A stretch of 64,000 nucleotides of DNA from assembly GCA_964016885.1 (NCBI GenBank), contig OZ024744.1, forward strand, positions 133,424,001 to 133,488,000, read 5' to 3'. This document shows positions 10,691 to 23,597 of the stretch, piece by piece (position 1 is the stretch's first letter; each line of letters begins with the position of its first letter). Under the pieces are notes generated by a model. That model saw nothing but the letters and a program-made list of their open reading frames with translations. It searched no databases and had not been told where the DNA came from. The DNA comes from Eledone cirrhosa. Lineage: Eukaryota. Made by a program: the position numbers and the translations under genes.

Positions 10691-13600
10691 TTGTCGTTAA
10701 GTTAAGTTGGGTTTGAGTTAAGTGGGGGTTGAGTTAATTTAGGGTTAATTTAAGTTGTCGTTAAGTTAAGTTGGGGTCAAGTTAAGTTGGGGTTAAGTTA
10801 AGTTGGGGTTAAGTCAAGTTGGGGTTAAGTTAAGTTAGGGTTAATTTAGTTGGGGTTAAGTTAAGTTGGGGCTAAGTTAAGTTGGGGCTAAGTTAAGTTG
10901 GGGCTAAGTTAAGTTGGGGTTAAGTTAAGTTGGGGTTAAGTTAAGGTGGGGTTAATTTAAGTTGGGGCTGAGTTAAGTTGGGGCTGAGTTAAGTTGGGGT
11001 TAAGTTAAGTTGGGGTTGAGTTAAGTTGGGGTTAAGTTAAGTGGGGTTAAGTTAAGTTGGGGCTAAGTTAAGTTGGGGCTGAGTTAAGTTGGGGCTGAGT
11101 TAAGTTGGGGTTAAGTTAAGTTGGGGTTAAGTTAAGTTGGGGTTGAGTTAACTTGGGGTTAAGTTAAGTTGGGGTTAAGTTAAGTTGGGGTTCAGTTAAG
11201 TTGGGGTTAAGTTAAATTGGGGTTAAGTTAAGTTGGGGTTAAGTTAAGTTGGGGTTAAGTTAAGTTGGGGTTAAGTTAGATTGTGGTTAAGTTAAGTTGG
11301 GGTTAATTTAAGTTTGGGTTAAGTTAAGTTGGGGTTAAGTTAAGGCGGGGTTAAGTTGAGTTGGGGTTAAGTTAAGTTGGGGTTAAGTTAAGTTGGGGTT
11401 GAGTTAATTTGGGGTTAACTTAAGTTGGGGGTACTTAAGTTGGGTTTAAGTTAAGTGGGGTTAAGTTAAGTTGGGGTTAAGTTAAGTTGGGGTTAAGTTA
11501 GGTTGTGGTTAAGTTAAGTTGGGGGTAAGTTAAGTTGGGGGTAAGTTAAGTTGGGGTTAATTTAAGTTGGGTCTAATTAAGTTGGGGTTAAGTTAAGTTG
11601 GGGTTAAGTTAAGTTGGGGTTCAGTTAATTTGGGGTTAACTTAAGTTGGGGGTACTTAAGTTGGGTTCAAGTTAAGTGGGGTTAAGTTAAGTTGGGGTTA
11701 AGTTAAGTTGGGGTTAAGTTAAGTTGGGGGTAAGTTAAGTTGGGGTTAATTTAAGTTGGGTCAAATTAAGTTGGGGTTAAGTTAAGTTGGGGTTAAGTTA
11801 AGTTGGCGTTAAATTAAGTTGGGGTTAAGTTAAGTTGGGGTTAAATTAAGTTGGGGTTAAGTTAAGTTGGGGTTAAGTTAAGTTGGGGTGAAGTTAAGTT
11901 GGGGGTAAGTTAAGTTGGTGGTAAGTTAAGTTGGGGGTAAGTTAAGATGGGGTAAGTTAAGTTGGGGTTAAGTTAATTTGGGGTTAAGTTAGGGTTAAGT
12001 TAAGTTGGGGTTGAGTTAAGTTGGGGTTAAGTTAAGTTGGGGTTATGTTAAGTTGGAGTTAAGTTAAGTTGGGGTTAAGTTGAGTTGGGGTTCAATTAAG
12101 TTGCGGTTGATTTAAGTTGGGGTTAAGTTAAGTTGGGGTTAAGTTAAGTTGGGGTTAAGTTAAGTTGGGGTTAATTTAAGTTGGGGTTAAGTTAAGTTGG
12201 GGTTAAGTTAAGTTGGGGTTAAGTTAAGTTGGGGTTAAGTTAAGTTGGGGTTAAATTAAGTTGGGGTTAAGTTAAGTTGGGGTTAAATTAAGTTGGGGTT
12301 AAGATAAGTTGGGGTTAAGTTAAGTTGGGGTTGAGTTAAGTTGGGGTTGAGTTAATTTGGGGTTAACTTAAGTTGGGGGTACTTAGGTAGGATTTAAGTT
12401 AAGTGGGGTTAAGTTAGGTTGTGGTTAAGTTAAGTTGGTGTTAAGTTAAGTTGGGGTTAATTTAAGTTGGGGGTAAGTTAAGTTGGGGGTAAGTTAAGTT
12501 GGGGTTAATTTAAGTTGGGTCTAATTAAGTTGGGGTTAAGTTAAGTTGGGGTTAAGTTAAGTTGGGGTTAAATTAAGTTGGGGTTAAGTTAAGTTGGGGT
12601 TAAGTTAAGTTGGGGTTAAATTAAGTTGGGGTTAAGTTAAGTTGAGGTTAAATTAAGTTGGGGTTAAGTTAAGTTGGGGTTAAGTTAAGTTGGGGTTAAG
12701 TTAAGTTGGGGTTAAGTTAAGTGGTGGTTATGTTAAGTTGGGGTTAAGTTAAGTTGGGGTTGAGTTAAGTTGGGGTTGAGTTAAGTTGGGGTTGAGTTAA
12801 GTTGGGGTTGAGTTAAGTTGGGGTTGAGTGAAGTTGGGGTTAAGTTAAGTTGGGGTTAATTTATGTTGGGGTTTAGTTAAGTCGGGGTTAAGTTAAGTTG
12901 GGGTTAAGTTAAGTTGGGGTTAAGTTAAATTGGGGTTGAGTTAAGTTGGGGTTGAGTTAATTTAGGGTTAAGTTAAGTTGGGGTTAAGTTAAGTTGGGGT
13001 TAAGTTAGATTGTGGTTAAGTTAAGTTGGGGTTAATTTAAGTTTGGGTTAAGTTAAGTTGGGGTTAAGTTAAGGCGGGGTTAAGTTGAGTTGGGGTTAAG
13101 TTAAGTTGGGGTTGAGTTAATTTGGGGTTAACTTAAGTTGGGGGTACTTAAGTTGGGTTTAAGTTAAGTGGGGTTAAGTTAAGTTGGGGTTAAGTTAAGT
13201 TGGGGTTAAGTTAAGTTGGGGTTAAGTTAGGTTGTGGTTAAGTTAAGTTGGGGGTAAGTTAAGTTGGGGGTAAGTTAAGTTGGGGTTAATTTAAGTTGGG
13301 TCTAATTAAGTTGGGGTTAAGTTAAGTTGGGGTTAAGTTGAGTTGGGGTTGAGTTGGGGTTAAGTTAAGTTAGGGTTAAGTTAAGTTGGGGTTAAGTTGA
13401 GTTGGGGTTAAGTTAAGTTGCGGTTAATTTAAGTTGGGGTTAATTTAAGTTGGGGTTAAGTTAAGTTGGGGTGAAGTTAAGTTGGGGTTAAGTTAAGTTG
13501 GGGTTAAGTTAAGTTGGGGTTAAGTTAAGTTGGGGTTAAATTAAGTTGGGGTTAAGTTAAGTTGGGGTTAAGTTAAGTTGGGGTTAAGTTAAGATGGGGT

Positions 13601-16600
13601 TAAGTTAAGTTGGGGTTAAGTTGGGGTTAAGTTAAGTTAGGGTTAAGTTAAGTTGCGGTTGAGTTAAGTTGGGGTTAAGCTAAGTGGTGGTTATGTTAAG
13701 TTGGGGTTAAGTTAAGTTGGGGTTAATTTAAATTGGGGTTAAGTTAACTTTGTGGTTAAGTTAAGTTGGGGTTAAGTTAAGTTGGGGTTAAGTTAAGTTG
13801 GGGCTGAGTTAAGTTGGGGATGAGTGAAGTTGGGGTTAAGTTAAGTTGGGGTTAAGTTAAGTTGTCGTTAAGTTAAGTTGGGTTTGAGTTAAGTTGGGGT
13901 TGAGTTAATTTAGGGTTAATTTAAGTTGGGGTTAAGTTAAGTTGGGTTTCAGTTAAGTTGGGGTTAAGTTAAGTTGGGGTCAAGTTAAGTTGGGGTTAAG
14001 TTAAGTTGGGGTTAAGTCAAGTTGGGGTTAAGTTAAGTTAGGGTTAATTTAGTTGGGGTTAAGTTAAGTTGGGGCTAAGTTAAGTTGGGGCTAAGTTAAG
14101 TTGGGGCTAAGTTAAGTTGGGGTTAAGTTAAGTTGGGGTTAAGTTAAGGTGGGGTTAATTTAAGTTGGGGCTGAGTTAAGTTGGGGCTGAGTTAAGTTGG
14201 GGTTAAGTTAAGTTGGGGTTGAGTTAAGTTGGGGTTAAGTTAAGTGGGGTTAAGTTAAGTTGGGGCTAAGTTAAGTTGGGGCTGAGTTAAGTTGGGGCTG
14301 AGTTAAGTTGGGGTTAAGTTAAGTTGGGGTTAAGTTAAGTTGGGGTTGAGTTAACTTGGGGTTAAGTTAAGTTGGGGTTAAGTTAAGTTGGGGTTCAGTT
14401 AAGTTGGGGTTAAGTTAAATTGGGGTTAAGTTAAGTTGGGGTTAAGTTAAGTTGGGGTTAAGTTAAGTTGGGGTTAAGTTAGATTGTGGTTAAGTTAAGT
14501 TGGGGTTAATTTAAGTTTGGGTTAAGTTAAGTTGGGGTTAAGTTAAGGCGGGGTTAAGTTGAGTTGGGGTTAAGTTAAGTTGGGGTTAAGTTAAGTTGGG
14601 GTTGAGTTAATTTGGGGTTAACTTAAGTTGGGGGTACTTAAGTTGGGTTTAAGTTAAGTGGGGTTAAGTTAAGTTGGGGTTAAGTTAAGTTGGGGTTAAG
14701 TTAGGTTGTGGTTAAGTTAAGTTGGGGGTAAGTTAAGTTGGGGGTAAGTTAAGTTGGGGTTAATTTAAGTTGGGTCTAATTAAGTTGGGGTTAAGTTAAG
14801 TTGGGGTTAAGTTAAGTTGGGGTTGAGTTAATTTGGGGTTAACTTAAGTTGGGGGTACTTAAGTTGGGTTCAAGTTAAGTGGGGTTAAGTTAAGTTGGGG
14901 TTAAGTTAAGTTGGGGTTAAGTTAAGTTGGGGGTAAGTTAAGTTGGGGTTAATTTAAGTTGGGTCAAATTAAGTTGGGGTTAAGTTAAGTTGGGGTTAAG
15001 TTAAGTTGGCGTTAAATTAAGTTGGGGTTAAGTTAAGTTGGGATTAAATTAAGTTGGGGTTAAGTTAAGTTGGGGTTAAGTTAAGTTGGGGTGAAGTTAA
15101 GTTGGGGCTAAGTTAAGTTGGTGGTAAGTTAAGTTGGGGGTAAGTTAAGATGGGGTAAGTTAAGTTGGGGTTAAGTTAATTTGGGGTTAAGTTAGGGTTA
15201 AGTTAAGTTGGGGTTGAGTTAAGTTGGGGTTAAGTTAAGTTGGGGTTATGTTAAGTTGGAGTTAAGTTAAGTTGGGGTTAAGTTGAGTTGGGGTTCAGTT
15301 AAGTTGCGGTTGATTTAAGTTGGGGTTAAGTTAAGTTGGGGTTAAGTTAAGTTGGGGTTAAGTTAAGTTGGGGTTAATTTAAGTTGGGGTTAAGTTAAGT
15401 TGGGGTTAAGTTAAGTTGGGGTTAAGTTAAGTTGGGGTTAAGTTAAGTTGGGGTTAAATTAAGTTGGGGTTAAGTTAAGTTGGGGTTAAATTAAGTTGGG
15501 GTTAAGATAAGTTGGGGTTAAGTTAAGTTGGGGTTGAGTTAAGTTGGGGTTGAGTTAATTTGGGGTTAACTTAAGTTGGGGGTACTTAGGTAGGATTTAA
15601 GTTAAGTGGGGTTAAGTTAGGTTGTGGTTAAGTTAAGTTGGTGTTAAGTTAAGTTGGGGTTAATTTAAGTTGGGGGTAAGTTAAGTTGGGGGTAAGTTAA
15701 GTTGGGGTTAATTTAAGTTGGGGTTAAGTTAAGTTGGGGTTAAGTTAAGTTGGGGTTCAGTTAAGTTGGGGTTAAGTTAAATTGGGGTTAAGTTAAGTTG
15801 GGGTTAAGTTAAGTTGGGGTTAAGTTAAGTTGGGGTTAAGTTAGATTGTGGTTAAGTTAAGTTGGGGTTAATTTAAGTTTGGGTTAAGTTAAGTTGGGGT
15901 TAAGTTAAGGCGGGGTTAAGTTGAGTTGGGGTTAAGTTAAGTTGGGGTTAAGTTAAGTTGGGGTTGAGTTAATTTGGGGTTAACTTAAGTTGGGGGTACT
16001 TAAGTTGGGTTTAAGTTAAGTGGGGTTAAGTTAAGTTGGGGTTAAGTTAAGTTGGGGTTAAGTTAAGTTGGGGTTAAGTTAGGTTGTGGTTAAGTTAAGT
16101 TGGGGGTAAGTTAAGTTGGGGGTAAGTTAAGTTGGTGGTAAGTTAAGTTGGGGGTAAGTTAAGATGGGGTAAGTTAAGTTGGGGTTAAGTTAATTTGGGG
16201 TTAAGTTAGGGTTAAGTTAAGTTGGGGTTGAGTTAAGTTGGGGTTAAGTTAAGTTGGGGTTATGTTAAGTTGGAGTTAAGTTAAGTTGGGGTTAAGTTGA
16301 GTTGGGGTTCAGTTAAGTTGCGGTTGATTTAAGTTGGGGTTAAGTTAAGTTGGGGTTAAGTTAAGTTGGGGTTAAGTTAAGTTGGGGTTAATTTAAGTTG
16401 GGGTTAAGTTAAGTTGGGGTTAAGTTAAGTTGGGGTTAAGTTAAGTTGGGGTTAAGTTAAGTTGGGGTTAAATTAAGTTGGGGTTAAGTTAAGTTGGGGT
16501 TAAATTAAGTTGGGGTTAAGATAAGTAGGGGTTAAGTTAAGTTGGGGTTGAGTTAAGTTGGGGTTGAGTTAATTTGGGGTTAACTTAAGTTGGGGGTACT

Positions 16601-19600
16601 TAGGTAGGATTTAAGTTAAGTGGGGTTAAGTTAGTTTGTGGTTAAGTTAAGTTGGGGTTAAGTTAAGTTGGGGTTAATTTAAGTTGGGGGTAAGTTAAGT
16701 TGGGGGTAAGTTAAGTTGGGGTTAATTTAAGTTGGGTCTAATTAAGTTGGGGTTAAGTTAAGTTGGGGTTAAGTTAAGTTGGGGTTAAATTAAGTTGGGG
16801 TTAAGTTAAGTTGAGGTTAAATTAAGTTGGGGTTAAGTTAAGTTGGGGTTAAGTTAAGTTGGGGTTAAGTTAAGTTGGGGGTAAGTTAAGTTAGTGGTAA
16901 GTTAAGTTGGGGGTAAGTTAAGATGGGGTTGAGTTAAGTTGGGGTTGAGTTAAGTTGGGGTTGAGTTAAGTTGGGGTTGAGTTAAGTTGGGGTTGAGTGA
17001 AGTTGGGGTTAAGTTAAGTTGGGGTTAATTTATGTTGGGGTTAAGTTAAGTCGGGGTTAAGTTAAGTTGGGGTTAAGTTAAGTTGGGGTTAAGTTAAATT
17101 GGGGTTGAGTTAAGTTGGGGTTGAGTTAATTTAGGGTTAAGTTAAGTTGGGGTTAAGTTAAGTTGGGGTTAAGTTAGATTGTGGTTAAGTTAAGTTGGGG
17201 TTAATTTAAGTTTGGGTTAAGTTAAGTTGGGGTTAAGTTAAGGCGGGGTTAAGTTGAGTTGGGGTTAAGTTAAGTTGGGGTTGAGTTAATTTGGGGTTAA
17301 CTTAAGTTGGGGGTACTTAAGTTGGGTTTAACTTAAGTGGGGTTAAGTTAAGTTGGGGTTAAGTTAAGTTGGGGTTAAGTTAAGTTGGGGTTAAGTTAGG
17401 TTGTGGTTAAGTTAAGTTGGGGGTAAGTTAAGTTGGGGGTAAGTTAAGTTGGGGTTAATTTAAGTTGGGTCTAATTAAGTTGGGGTTAAGTTAAGTTGGG
17501 GTTAAGTTAAGTTGGGGTTAATTTAAGTTGGGGTTAAGTTAAGTTGGGGGTAAGTTAAGTTGGGGGTAAGTTAAGTTGGGGCTAATTTAAGTTGGGTCAA
17601 ATTAAGTTGGGGTTAATTTAAGTTGGGGTTAAGTTAAGTTGGGGTTAAATTAAGTTGGGGTTAAGTTAAGTTGGGGTTAAATTAAGTTGGGGTTAAGTTA
17701 AGTTGGGGTTAAGTTAAGTTGGGGTTAAGTTAAGTTGGGGGTAAGTTAAGTTGGTGGTAAGTTAAGTTGGGGGTAAGTTAAGATGGGGTTAAGTTAAGTT
17801 GGGGTTAAGTTAATTTGGGGTTAGGGTTAAGTTAAGTTGGGTTGAGTTAAGTTGGGGTTAAATTAAGTTGGGGTTAAGTTAAGTTGGGGTTAAGTTAAGT
17901 TGGGGTTAAGTTAAGATGGGGTTAAGTTAAGTTGGGGTTAAGTTGGGGTTAAGTTAAGTTAGGGTTAAGTTAAGTTGGGGTTAAGTTGAGTTGGGGTTAA
18001 GTTAAGTTGCGGTTAATTTAAGTTGGGGTTAATTTAAGTTGGGGTTAAGTTAAGTTGGGGTGAAGTTAAGTTGGGGTTAAGTTAAGTTGGGGTTAAGTTA
18101 AGTTGGGGTTAAGTTAAGTTGGGGTTAAATTAAGTTGGGGTTAAGTTAAGTTGGGGTTAAGTTAAGTTGGGGTTAAGTTAAGATGGGGTTAAGTTAAGTT
18201 GGGGTTAAGTTGGGGTTAAGTTAAGTTAGGGTTAAGTTAAGTTGCGGTTGAGTTAAGTTGGGGTTAAGTTAAGTGGTGGTTATGTTAAGTTGGGGTTAAG
18301 TTAAGTTGGGGTTAATTTAAATTGGGGTTAAGTTAACTTTGTGGTTAAGTTAAGTTGGGGTTAAGTTAAGTTGGGGTTAAGTTAAGTTGGGGCTGAGTTA
18401 AGTTGGGGATGAGTGAAGTTGGGGTTAAGTTAAGTTGGGGTTAAGTTAAGTTGTCGTTAAGTTAAGTTGGGTTTGAGTTAAGTTGGGGTTGAGTTAATTT
18501 AGGGTTAATTTAAGTTGGGGTTAAGTTAAGTTGGGTTTCAGTTAAGTTGGGGTTAAGTTAAGTTGGGGTCAAGTTAAGTTGGGGTTAAGTTAAGTTGGGG
18601 TTAAGTCAAGTTGGGGTTAAGTTAAGTTAGGGTTAATTTAGTTGGGGTTAAGTTAAGTTGGGGCTAAGTTAAGTTGGGGCTAAGTTAAGTTGGGGCTAAG
18701 TTAAGTTGGGGTTAAGTTAAGTTGGGGTTAAGTTAAGGTGGGGTTAATTTAAGTTGGGGCTGAGTTAAGTTGGGGCTGAGTTAAGTTGGGGTTAAGTTAA
18801 GTTGGGGTTGAGTTAAGTTGGGGTTAAGTTAAGTGGGGTTAAGTTAAGTTGGGGCTAAGTTAAGTTGGGGCTGAGTTAAGTTGGGGCTGAGTTAAGTTGG
18901 GGTTAAGTTAAGTTGGGGTTAAGTTAAGTTGGGGTTGAGTTAACTTGGCGTTAAGTTAAGTTGGGGTTAAGTTAAGTTGGGGTTCAGTTAAGTTGGGGTT
19001 AAGTTAAATTGGGGTTAAGTTAAGTTGGGGTTAAGTTAAGTTGGGGTTAAGTTAAGTTGGGGTTAAGTTAGATTGTGGTTAAGTTAAGTTGGGGTTAATT
19101 TAAGTTTGGGTTAAGTTAAGTTGGGGTTAAGTTAAGGCGGGGTTAAGTTGAGTTGGGGTTAAGTTAAGTTGGGGTTAAGTTAAGTTGGGGTTGAGTTAAT
19201 TTGGGGTTAACTTAAGTTGGGGGTACTTAAGTTGGGTTTAAGTTAAGTGGGGTTAAGTTAAGTTGGGGTTAAGTTAAGTTGGGGTTAAGTTAAGTTGGGG
19301 TTAAGTTAGGTTGTGGTTAAGTTAAGTTGGGGGTAAGTTAAGTTGGGGGTAAGTTAAGTTGGTGGTAAGTTAAGTTGGGGGTAAGTTAAGATGGGGTAAG
19401 TTAAGTTGGGGTTAAGTTAATTTGGGGTTAAGTTAGGGTTAAGTTAAGTTGGGGTTGAGTTAAGTTGGGGTTAAGTTAAGTTGGGGTTATGTTAAGTTGG
19501 AGTTAAGTTAAGTTGGGGTTAAGTTGAGTTGGGGTTCAGTTAAGTTGCGGTTGATTTAAGTTGGGGTTAAGTTAAGTTGGGGTTAAGTTAAGTTGGGGTT

Positions 19601-19690
19601 AAGTTAAGTTGGGGTTAATTTAAGTTGGGGTTAAGTTAAGTTGGGGTTAAGTTAAGTTGGGGTTAAGTTAAGTTGGGGTTAAGTTAAGTT
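10690..19690 (+). repeat. Copy 2 of the ~9-kb segmental tandem duplication
   Basis: It carries the same ordered variants as 150-10690, without the 1461-bp duplication and without the 80-bp insert at ~8261-8340. Confidence 0.85.
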
Positions 19691-20700
19691 GGGGTTAAAT
19701 TAAGTTGGGGTTAAGTTAAGTTGGGGTTAAATTAAGTTGGGGTTAAGATAAGTAGGGGTTAAGTTAAGTTGGGGTTGAGTTAAGTTGGGGTTGAGTTAAT
19801 TTGGGGTTAACTTAAGTTGGGGGTACTTAGGTAGGATTTAAGTTAAGTGGGGTTAAGTTAGGTTGTGGTTAAGTTAAGTTGGGTTTAAGTTAAGTTGGGG
19901 TTAATTTAAGTTGGGGGTAAGTTAAGTTGGGGGTAAGTTAAGTTGGGGTTAATTTAAGTTGGGTCTAATTAAGTTGGGGTTAAGTTAAGTTGGGGTTAAG
20001 TTAAGTTGGGGTTAAATTAAGTTGGGGTTAAGTTAAGTTGAGGTTAAATTAAGTTGGGGTTAAGTTAAGTTGGGGTTAAGTTAAGTTGGGGTTAAGTTAA
20101 GTTGGGGGTAAGTTAAGTTAGTGGTAAGTTAAGTTGGGGGTAAGTTAAGATGGGGTTGAGTTAAGTTGGGGTTGAGTTAAGTTGGGGTTGAGTTAAGTTG
20201 GGGTTGAGTTAAGTTGGGGTTGAGTGAAGTTGGGGTTAAGTTAAGTTGGGGTTAATTTATGTTGGGGTTAAGTTAAGTCGGGGTTAAGTTAAGTTGGGGT
20301 TAAGTTAAGTTGGGGTTAAGTTAAATTGGGGTTGAGTTAAGTTGGGGTTGAGTTAATTTAGGGTTAAGTTAAGTTGGGGTTAAGTTAAGTTGGGGTTAAG
20401 TTAGATTGTGGTTAAGTTAAGTTGGGGTTAATTTAAGTTTGGGTTAAGTTAAGTTGGGGTTAAGTTAAGGCGGGGTTAAGTTGAGTTGGGGTTAAGTTAA
20501 GTTGGGGTTGAGTTAATTTGGGGTTAACTTAAGTTGGGGGTACTTAAGTTGGGTTTAAGTTAAGTGGGGTTAAGTTAAGTTGGGGTTAAGTTAAGTTGGG
20601 GTTAAGTTAAGTTGGGGTTAAGTTAGGTTGTGGTTAAGTTAAGTTGGGGGTAAGTTAAGTTGGGGGTAAGTTAAGTTGGGGTTAATTTAAGTTGGGTCTA
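15730..20700 (+). repeat. Variant HOR (period ~3227 bp), about 1.5 copies; counterpart at ~6650-10690
   Basis: 'gataagtagggg' A is at 16527 and 19754 (3227 apart), and 'ttagtggtaag' is at ~16891 and ~20118. In the counterpart, the 'ggggttcagttaagttggggttaagttaaatt' C is at 6680 and 9987 (3227+80). Confidence 0.7.
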
Positions 20701-23597
20701 ATTAAGTTGGGGTTAAGTTAAGTTGGGGTTAAGTTAAGTTGGGGTTGAGTTAATTTGGGGTTAACTTAAGTTGGGGGTACTTAAGTTGGGTTTAAGTTAA
20801 GTGGGGTTAAGTTAAGTTGGGGTTAAGTTAAGTTGGGGTTAAGTTAAGTTGGGGGTAAGTTAAGTTGGGGGTAAGTTAAGTTGGGGTTAATTTAAGTTGG
20901 GGTTAAGTTAAGTTGGGGTTAAGTTAAGTTGGGGTTAAGTTAAGTTGGCGTTAAATTAAGTTGGGGTTAAGTTAAGTTGGGGTTAAATTAAGTTGGGGTT
21001 AAGTTAAGTTGGGGTTAAGTTAAGTTGGGGTGAAGTTAAGTTGGGGGTAAGTTAAGTTGGTGGTAAGTTAAGTTGGGGGTAAGTTAAGATGGGGTAAGTT
21101 AAGTTGGGGTTAAGTTAATTTGGGGTTAAGTTAGGGTTAAGTTAAGTTGGGGTTGAGTTAAGTTGGGGTTAAGTTAAGTTGGGGTTATGTTAAGTTGGAG
21201 TTAAGTTAAGTTGGGGTTAAGTTGAGTTGGGGTTCAGTTAAGTTGCGGTTGATTTAATTTGGGTTAAGTTAAGTTGGGGTTAAGTTAAGTTGGGGTTAAG
21301 TTAAGTTGGGGTTAATTTAAGTTGGGGTTAAGTTAAGTTGGGGTTAAGTTAAGTTGGGGTTAAGTTAAGTTGGGGTTAAGTTAAGTTGGGGTTAAATTAA
21401 GTTGGGGTTAAGATAAGTTGGGGTTAAGTTAAGTTGGGGTTGAGTTAAGTTGGGGTTGAGTTAATTTGGGGTTAACTTAAGTTGGGGGTACTTAAGTAGG
21501 ATTTAAGTTAAGTGGGGTTAAGTTAGGTTGTGGTTAAGTTAAGTTGGGGGTAAGTTAAGTTGGGGGTAAGTTAAGTTGGGGTTAATTTAAGTTGGGTCTA
21601 ATTAAGTTGGGGTTAAGTTAAGTTGGGGTTAAGTTAAGTTGGGGTTAAATTAAGTTGGGGTTAAGTTAAGTTGAGGTTAAATTAAGTTGGGGTTAAGTTA
21701 AGTTGGGGTTAAGTTAAGTTGGGGTTAAGTTAAGTTGGGGTTAAGTTAAGTGGTGGTTATGTTAAGTTGGGGTTAAGTTAAGTTGGGGTTGAGTTAAGTT
21801 GGGGTTGAGTTAAGTTGGGGTTGAGTTAAGTTGGGGTTGAGTTAAGTTGGGGTTGAGTGAAGTTGGGGTTAAGTTAAGTTGGGGTTAATTTATGTTGGGG
21901 TTAAGTTAAGTCGGGGTTAAGTTAAGTTGGGGTTAAGTTAAGTTGGGGTTAAGTTAAATTGGGGTTGAGTTAAGTTGGGGTTGAGTTAATTTAGGGTTAA
22001 GTTAAGTTGGGGTTAAGTTAAGTTGGGTTTAAGTTAAGTTGGGGTTAAATTAAGTTGGGGTTAAGTTAAGTCGGGGGTAAGTTAAGTTGGTGTTAAGTTA
22101 AGTTGGGGTTAAGTTAAGTTGGGGTTGAATTAAGTTGGGGTTAAGTTAAGTTGGGGTTAAGTTAAGTTGGGGTTAATTTAAATTGGGGTTTAGTTAAGTT
22201 GGGGTTAAGTTAAGTTGGGGTTAAGTTAAGTTGGGGGTAAGTTAAGTTGGGGTTAAGTTAAGTTGGGGTTAAGTTAAGTTGGGGGTAAGTTAAGTTGGGG
22301 GCAAGTTAAGTTGGGGTTAAGTTAAGTTGGGGTTAAGTTAAGTGGTGGTTATGTTAAGTTGGGGTTAAGTTAAGTTGGGGTTGAGTTAAGTTGGGGTTGA
22401 GTGAAGTTGGGGTTAAGTTAAGTTGGGGTTAATTTATGTTGGGGTTAAGTTAAGTCGGGGTTAAGTTAAGTTGGGGTTGAGTTAAGTTGGGGTTAATTTA
22501 AGTTGGGGCTAAGTTAATTTGTGGTTAAGTTAAGTTGGGGTTAAGTTAAGTTGGGGTTAAGTTAAGTTGGGGTTAAGTTAGGTTGTGGTTAAGTTAAGTT
22601 GGGGGTAAGTTAAGTTGGGGCTAAGTTAAGTTGGGGTTAATTTAAGTTGGGTCTAATTAAGTTGGGGTTAAGTTAAGTTGGGGTTAAGTTAAGTTGGGGT
22701 TGAGTTAATTTGGGGTTAACTTAAGTTGGGGGTACTTAAGTTGGGTTTAAGTTAAGTGGGGTTAAGTTAAGTTGGGGTTAATTTAAGTTGGGGTTAAGTT
22801 AAGTTGGGGGTAAGTTAAGTTGGGGTTAAGTTAAGTTGGGGTTGAATTAAGTTGGGGTTAAGTTAAGTTGGGGTTAATTTAAGTTGGGGTTAAGTTAAGT
22901 TGGGGTTAAATTAAGTTGGGGTTAAGTTAAGTTGGGGTTAAATTAAGTTGGGGTTAAGTTAAGTTGGGGTTAAGTTAAGTTGGGGTTAAGTTAAGTTGGG
23001 GGTAAGTTAAGTTGGTGGTAAGTTAAGTTGGGGGTAAGTTAAGATGGGGTTAAGTTAAGTTGGGGTTAAGTTAATTTGGGGTTAGGGTTAAGTTAAGTTG
23101 GGTTGAGTTAAGTTGGGGTTAAATTAAGTTGGGGTTAAGTTAAGTTGGGGTTAAGTTATGTTGGGGTTAAGTTAAGATGGGGTTAAGTTAAGTTGGGGTT
23201 AAGTTGGGGTTAAGTTAAGTTAGGGTTAAGTTAAGTTGGGGTTAAGTTGAGTTGGGGTTAAGTTAAGTTGCGGTTAATTTAAGTTGGGGTTAATTTAAGT
23301 TGGGGTTAAGTTAAGTTGGGGTGAAGTTAAGTTGGGGTTAAGTTAAGTTGGGGTTAAGTTAAGTTGGGGTTAAGTTAAGTTGGGGTTAAATTAAGTTGGG
23401 GTTAAGTTAAGTTGGGGTTAAGTTAAGTTGGGGTTAAGTTAAGATGGGGTTAAGTTAAGTTGGGGTTAAGTTGGGGTTAAGTTAAGTTAGGGTTAAGTTA
23501 AGTTGCGGTTGAGTTAAGTTGGGGTTAAGTTAAGTGGTGGTTATGTTAAGTTGGGGTTAAGTTAAGTTGGGGTTAATTTAAATTGGGGTTAAGTTAA

